Shown here: one piece after another, positions 59,162 through 64,000 of the stretch
Position numbering within the stretch: position 1 is the stretch's first letter
Layout: each line of letters starts with the position of its first letter
Notes under the pieces: generated by a model
What the model saw: the letters and a program-made list of their open reading frames with translations, nothing else
Told to the model about the DNA's origin: nothing
Database searches by the model: none
Assembly (NCBI GenBank): GCA_963674705.1
Contig: OY771506.1
Coordinates: 1,120,001-1,184,000, forward strand
Origin: Phycisphaeraceae bacterium
Lineage (GTDB): Bacteria; Planctomycetota; Phycisphaerae; Phycisphaerales; Phycisphaeraceae
DNA length: 64,000 nt
Reading direction: 5' to 3'
Made by a program: the position numbers and the translations under genes

Positions 59162-60904
59162 ATGAATTCCAAGTGGATCGCATGTTTAGGCTACCTGGGC
59201 GTCACCGCCCTGGCGGCGAGCGCCAGTCACGCTGCGGCGACCGGCGGGTTTATTGCCATGTTGGACGAGAAGAACAGCAACACCGATTCAACGGGTTCTG
59301 TGGTCTTCTATGACGTTGACGATCTGAGCCACCCGCTGTTCGCGGTGTTTCTTGGGTTCGAAGCCAACAGCGAAGAAGTCACCTCCATGACCGTCGACCC
59401 GAACACCGGTGATGTGTATGTCGTCGGTTTCGATTCCGGTGTTGCCGACGGCGTGACGTATGACACGGAACTCGGTGGCGGCCAGGACGGCATCGGCGAT
59501 CTGGACCTCTACAAGATCGACTTCCAGGGTGCTTATGACCACTGGGCGGCTAACTACCAGGGTGCCGGCGCAGGCGGCAGCGACGTGTATGTGACCTACG
59601 GCCGATCCGCGTTGTCCGAACTGAACCTCACCAACTACCAGACAGCCGGCCCATACTTCACCACGAAGATCGGCGAGGTGGCCCGGTCCGCCGGTCAGAG
59701 CGGCGTCTACTTTGACGGCCGGCTCGAGTTCTATGATGAAAACACCCTGATCTGGCTTGACGCCCCCACCGCCGACACCGGCGCTGATGGCACCGACGTC
59801 CGCGTCAAGGCGTTTACCCGCGTTTCGACCAGCCCCGGCGCCGCAACCTGGACCAGCGGCAGCGAAGAAGGCGGCTTCAACTTCTCTTCCAGCACCGAAA
59901 GCTGGGAATCCGTGCTCCTGGGTGAACTGCACCTGGACTTCGGCGGCAGCGCCTCGGATATGGGTGCCGGCAACTCTGACACCGCGATGGTGATCAACCA
60001 GAACGGCGTGACCGGTATCTGGGTCGTGGAAGACGACGGCACGGGTGACGACATTGCGTTCTTCGAAATCACCAACTTCACCGGCACCGCCGGCAACGGC
60101 CTGCGTGAATTCAACATCGAATTCGACCCGATCAACAACCCCGGCGAATATCTGGACACGCTGGCAGCCGACCAGAATCCTTCGGTCGATCCATCCACCA
60201 ATGATGGCGACGTTCGTCGTATCTTCGTTGATGCCAACGGCAACCTGGTGATGACCGAGTCCGGCTATTTTGACGACCCGCAAACCGAGCCATCGGTTCA
60301 GGTGCTCAATATCGTCTCGATGGATGACGGCAACGGCCGGATCGAGCTGGGCACCTGGAACGCCAATATCCTGATGGATATGACCGGCCTGACCGACGAC
60401 GACAGCCTGGTGACCGACGAGCGGATGAGCATCCTTGATACCTATAACAACGTGCTCTACGTCTATGATTCGGACACCCCCACGGATGGTGGCAGCTACG
60501 ACCAGGACTGGTACATGATCGACCTGAACACCGGCGTGACTTCCTTCGTCACCCTGAACGTCGACAATATCGTCTCCTACAGCTTCGGCGACGATACGTC
60601 TGAATACTTCTGCCTGGGCTGCACGGTGGCCCTGGACGGCGACCTGAACGGCGACGGTTTCGTCGGACTGGACGATCTGGATATCGTCCTGGGCAACTGG
60701 AACCAGAACGTGACGGCCGGTGACCTGCTCCAAGGCGACCCGTCTGGCGACGGATTTGTTGGCCTGGACGACCTGGACGTGGTTCTGAACAACTGGAACG
60801 CTGGGACGCCTCCGGCGGCCTCCGTGGTTCCCGAGCCTGCCTCTCTTGCCCTGTTTACCATCGCAGGGCTGTCAGCGCTGGCCCGTCGGCGTTCAAACGC
60901 GTAA
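59162..60904 (+). CDS. Acidic PEP-CTERM protein with dockerin-like domain
   Basis: SD AAGGAG; signal peptide; propeller-like acidic body; GDLNGDGFVGLDDL..GDPSGDGFVGLDDL; VPEP. Confidence 0.9.
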   Translation: MNSKWIACLGYLGVTALAASASHAAATGGFIAMLDEKNSNTDSTGSVVFYDVDDLSHPLFAVFLGFEANSEEVTSMTVDPNTGDVYVVGFDSGVADGVTYDTELGGGQDGIGDLDLYKIDFQGAYDHWAANYQGAGAGGSDVYVTYGRSALSELNLTNYQTAGPYFTTKIGEVARSAGQSGVYFDGRLEFYDENTLIWLDAPTADTGADGTDVRVKAFTRVSTSPGAATWTSGSEEGGFNFSSSTESWESVLLGELHLDFGGSASDMGAGNSDTAMVINQNGVTGIWVVEDDGTGDDIAFFEITNFTGTAGNGLREFNIEFDPINNPGEYLDTLAADQNPSVDPSTNDGDVRRIFVDANGNLVMTESGYFDDPQTEPSVQVLNIVSMDDGNGRIELGTWNANILMDMTGLTDDDSLVTDERMSILDTYNNVLYVYDSDTPTDGGSYDQDWYMIDLNTGVTSFVTLNVDNIVSYSFGDDTSEYFCLGCTVALDGDLNGDGFVGLDDLDIVLGNWNQNVTAGDLLQGDPSGDGFVGLDDLDVVLNNWNAGTPPAASVVPEPASLALFTIAGLSALARRRSNA

Positions 60905-61116
60905 GAGATTGCAAAAAAACCCCTAAACTCCGGCCGGGGCACTTGCCTCGGCCGGAATACGGGGCTTAATTTTCACAGAAATTAAATCAAAAAAGGCTTT
61001 CAAAGTGACCGTGTTCGTGGTATATTCCTAGTGCCGTTACTCCCGAAGCCAGTAAGGCCTCGGGTTGTTTTCAGTGTTTGAGTTACTTCTTTTGTGGGAT
61101 CTTAAGGAGATTGAAG

Positions 61117-61689
61117 ATGAAGATTGCTAAGTTTGTTTTGCCCGTGATTGCTGCCGGCCTCGCCAGCTCCACCGCGTTCGGTGGCGTTGTTATCAACCAG
61201 ATCGACCAGGCGGTCGTTGCTGGCTACCAGGCCAACGAAATCGTTTGGGAAGGTGGCGCTGACTGGACCAGCTCGGCTCTCGTAGTCGATCTGACCTCCG
61301 GCACGGCCTATCAGGACGCCTTCGGTGGCGACGCCCCCTACACCCCCGCTCTGCTGGTTCCGTTCCCGAGCGTTGAGTTCGATACCTATGTCGGTATCGT
61401 CAACGGCGTTGGCAACGGTATCGCCGGCGGTGCTGGCGACCTCGGTGGTGGCCCCCTGAGCCTGAACGCCAACCAGATCAGCGTTTCCTGGTTCAACACC
61501 GGCACCGATGACACCGCAGCCGTCCGTATCGGCATGATCACCCTCAGCACAGATGCAGCCGGCACATGGAAGCTCCTGTCCGGTGGCGTGATCACTGAAG
61601 GTACCGTCGAAGGTGGCGCGCTGGTTCCCGAACCGGCCTCGCTGGCTCTGCTCGGCCTCGGTGGTTTGGCCGCCCTGCGTCGTCGCTAA
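61117..61689 (+). CDS. Small PEP-CTERM protein, paralog A
   Basis: SD AAGGAGA; signal peptide; DWTS..EFDTYV..SWFNT; VPEP. Confidence 0.9.
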   Translation: MKIAKFVLPVIAAGLASSTAFGGVVINQIDQAVVAGYQANEIVWEGGADWTSSALVVDLTSGTAYQDAFGGDAPYTPALLVPFPSVEFDTYVGIVNGVGNGIAGGAGDLGGGPLSLNANQISVSWFNTGTDDTAAVRIGMITLSTDAAGTWKLLSGGVITEGTVEGGALVPEPASLALLGLGGLAALRRR

Positions 61690-61722
61690 TCGACACGCAA
61701 CCAAATAGGTTAAAACCTACTG

Positions 61723-61756
61723 CAACTGCCCGCCTAACCGCGGGCAGTTGTTTTTT
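61723..61756 (+). terminator. Rho-independent terminator
   Basis: CAACTGCCCGC/GCGGGCAGTTG stem + T6. Confidence 0.88.
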
Positions 61757-61938
61757 ATTTACCGGACAGATTGGCCTGTAAAACCGGGTATCGACTTCTT
61801 ACAATAAAGAGTGTGCATGATGCAGCACTTATGTCGCGGTCTGGTAGCAGATAGCAAATCATGCCCCGTCAATGTAATCCCGTTTCGGGGCCGCCATGCC
61901 GTGTAATATCTTTCTGGGATTGAATTGGAGGTAGAGCT

Positions 61939-62514
61939 ATGAAACGCATCGCTCAGTTTGCCATGTCTGCGATCGTTGCCGGCCTCGCTTGTGGTTCGGC
62001 GTTCGGCGGTTTGAGTATCAATCCCGTAAACGACCCCAACGTCCCGGAGGGCTGTGTCGCGTGTGAAATTATCTGGGAAGGTGGCGCCGACTGGACCAGT
62101 GCCGCGCTGGTAATTGATCTGACCAGTGGCTCGGTCTATCAAAACGTCTATGGCGGCGATGCTGCTCCCAATCCAGCGTTGTTCGCCGTATTCCCGGAAC
62201 TTGAGTTCGACACGTATGTCGGCATCATCGGCGACGGCACGGCTGGTATTGCAGGCGGCGCGGGCGACCTCGGCGGCGGGCCGCTGAGTCTGAACGCCCC
62301 CCAGATCAGTGTGTCCTGGTTCAACACGGCTACTGATGATACCGGCCCGGTGCGCATCGCCATGATCACCCTCACGGATGATGCCCGGGGTACCTGGAGC
62401 ATGTTGTCCGGCGGCGTGATAACCCAGGGCACCCTCATACTCCCGTGCATCCCCGAGCCGACCTCGCTGGGGCTGCTTGGCCTCGGCGGACTGGCGCTAC
62501 TGCGTCGGCGGTGA
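61939..62514 (+). CDS. Small PEP-CTERM protein, paralog B
   Basis: SD GGAGGT; same family motifs; IPEP. Confidence 0.9.
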   Translation: MKRIAQFAMSAIVAGLACGSAFGGLSINPVNDPNVPEGCVACEIIWEGGADWTSAALVIDLTSGSVYQNVYGGDAAPNPALFAVFPELEFDTYVGIIGDGTAGIAGGAGDLGGGPLSLNAPQISVSWFNTATDDTGPVRIAMITLTDDARGTWSMLSGGVITQGTLILPCIPEPTSLGLLGLGGLALLRRR

Positions 62515-62539
62515 TTTGCCGGATATCGCTATCAAAATT

Positions 62540-62576
62540 GCGGCTGCTTTCCCATGCGGTTGGCAGCCGCTTTTTT
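62540..62576 (+). terminator. Rho-independent terminator
   Basis: GCGGCTGC/GCAGCCGC stem + T6. Confidence 0.8.
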
Positions 62577-62762
62577 ACGGTTGAACGCGGATTTCACTGT
62601 TAACCGTCATGCCGGTCATATACAATCAAGATGGTCCGAAGTCTTCGCCGCCCTCGGAAAACGGATGAATCTACGGCGTTTGGGGTCAGGTCCTGCTATC
62701 GCACCGTTTTTCAACGAGGGAATATGGGGGCTGCAACAACTTTTTTATTAAGGAGATATCCG

Positions 62763-63347
62763 ATGAACCTTCCCAAGTGCGCGTGTGCTTTACTTGTGGC
62801 TGGTGCTGTCGCCTCACCGGCGGCGGGCTACGCTAATCTCGAGGGTGAGATGTATTTCAATCCGGCCGGCCTTGATGGGTATGTTGCCAATGAATTGATC
62901 TGGACAGGCGAGACCGACTGGACCAGCGCCGCTCTCGTGGTTGATCTGACCACCGGCTCGGTCTACCACGACGCCTTCGGGGGTGACGGCCCATACACCC
63001 CCGCTCTGCTGGTTCCGTTCCCGAGTGTTGAGTTCGATACGTATGTCGGTATCGTCAGCGGTGAGGGTAATGGTATTGCCGGTCCCGCAGGTGACCTCGG
63101 CGTCGGCATCCTGAGCCTCGATGCCCCGCTGATCAGTGTCTCGTGGTTCAACACCGGCACCAACGACATCGGCCCGGTGCGTATCGGCATGATCACGCTC
63201 AGCAATGATGCTCATGGCACGTGGTCCTTTCTCTCCGCGGGGCAGGTATCTACCGGCATGGTTTACGATGGCATGATGTTCTTCCCAGAACCTGCCTCAC
63301 TTGCGCTACTAAGTCTTGGCGGACTGGCGCTACTGCGTCGGCGATAA
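62763..63347 (+). CDS. Small PEP-CTERM protein, paralog C
   Basis: SD AAGGAGA before ATG 62763; family motifs; FPEP. Confidence 0.9.
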   Translation: MNLPKCACALLVAGAVASPAAGYANLEGEMYFNPAGLDGYVANELIWTGETDWTSAALVVDLTTGSVYHDAFGGDGPYTPALLVPFPSVEFDTYVGIVSGEGNGIAGPAGDLGVGILSLDAPLISVSWFNTGTNDIGPVRIGMITLSNDAHGTWSFLSAGQVSTGMVYDGMMFFPEPASLALLSLGGLALLRRR

Positions 63348-63351
63348 GTTG

Positions 63352-63367
63352 TGGCACTGTGATCGCA
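63352..63367 (+). promoter_or_regulatory. Possible sigma54 promoter for paralog D
   Basis: TGGCAC-TGTGA-TCGCA, GG-N10-GC, 29 nt upstream of start. Confidence 0.5.
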
Positions 63368-63396
63368 TAATTCACCCTGCTTGAAACAGGAGACTA

Positions 63397-63975
63397 ATGA
63401 TGAAGATGACTAGTTTGTTTATGTCTGTGATCGTTGCCGGCCTTGCTTGTGGTTCGGCGTTCGGTGGCGCCATTATCAGCCAGGTAAACGACCCCAACGT
63501 CCCAGAGGGCTACTGCGCGTGTGAGATTGTCTGGGAAGGTGGTGCCGACTGGACCAGTGCCGCGCTGGTTATTGATCTGACCAGTGGCTCTGTTTACCAG
63601 GACGCCTTCGGTGGTGACGGCCCGTACACCCCCGCCCTGCTGGTTCCGTTCCCGAGTGTTGAGTTCGATACGTATGTCGGTATCGTCGGAGGTGAGGGTA
63701 ATGGTATCGCTGGCGGCGCCGGTGACCTGGGCGGCGGCGCGTTAAGCCTGAATGCCCCCCATATCAGCGTCTCCTGGTTCAACACCGGCACCAACGACAC
63801 CGCCCCGGTGCGTATCGGGATGATCACCCTCAGCGATGATGCCAATGGTACATGGAAACTCCTGGCTGGTGGCGTTGTAATCGAAGGTACTCTTGAAGGC
63901 GGGTGGTGCATCCCCGAGCCGACATCGCTTGGGCTGCTTGGCCTTGGCGGACTGGCGCTGCTGCGTCGGCGGTGA
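63397..63975 (+). CDS. Small PEP-CTERM protein, paralog D
   Basis: SD AGGAG; family motifs; IPEP. Confidence 0.9.
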   Translation: MMKMTSLFMSVIVAGLACGSAFGGAIISQVNDPNVPEGYCACEIVWEGGADWTSAALVIDLTSGSVYQDAFGGDGPYTPALLVPFPSVEFDTYVGIVGGEGNGIAGGAGDLGGGALSLNAPHISVSWFNTGTNDTAPVRIGMITLSDDANGTWKLLAGGVVIEGTLEGGWCIPEPTSLGLLGLGGLALLRRR

Positions 63976-64000
63976 AGTGTAGAACGATAAGCATGTGATT

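Noticed and set aside
61117..63975. Diversity-generating retroelement TR/VR pair
   Set aside because: No reverse transcriptase in the window; all copies are intact genes and differences are not adenine-specific

Overview
GC-rich bacterial chromosomal window, most consistent with a Planctomycetota (Phycisphaerae-like) genome. This assignment is inferred from 12 PEP-CTERM proteins, dockerin-like 'GFVGLDDL' modules, a DUF1559/H-X9-DG prepilin-type protein and repeated CxxCGYNL..CPECG zinc-ribbon membrane proteins. Housekeeping genes (ppk1 3' end, amrAB, ymdB, nrdR, modB, leuB, rimK operon, sirB/cbiX, queD, yejM-like sulfatase, hldE, lpxK, maf, dnaJ-class/clpB) alternate with AT-richer orphans and many short intergenic repeats (REP-like palindromes, MITE-like inverted pairs, 7-, 8- and 9-nt periodic tracts). 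I found no rRNA, tRNA, transposase, integrase, reverse transcriptase or CRISPR array. The best candidate for an undescribed system is a two-gene unit: a ParA/Soj ATPase fused to a glycogen-binding (CBM48/AMPK-beta-like) domain, followed by a Walker-A-less MinD/FlhG-like acidic partner (39317-42727), possibly a glycogen-granule positioning system. Other highlights are a six-member Zn-ribbon/variable-membrane family with one frameshifted member, a mosaic array of four PEP-CTERM paralogs, a plant-type SirB, apparent leaderless genes, sigma54 promoters and two small ORFs not called separately in the track. All product calls come from motif recognition by eye, not from database searches.
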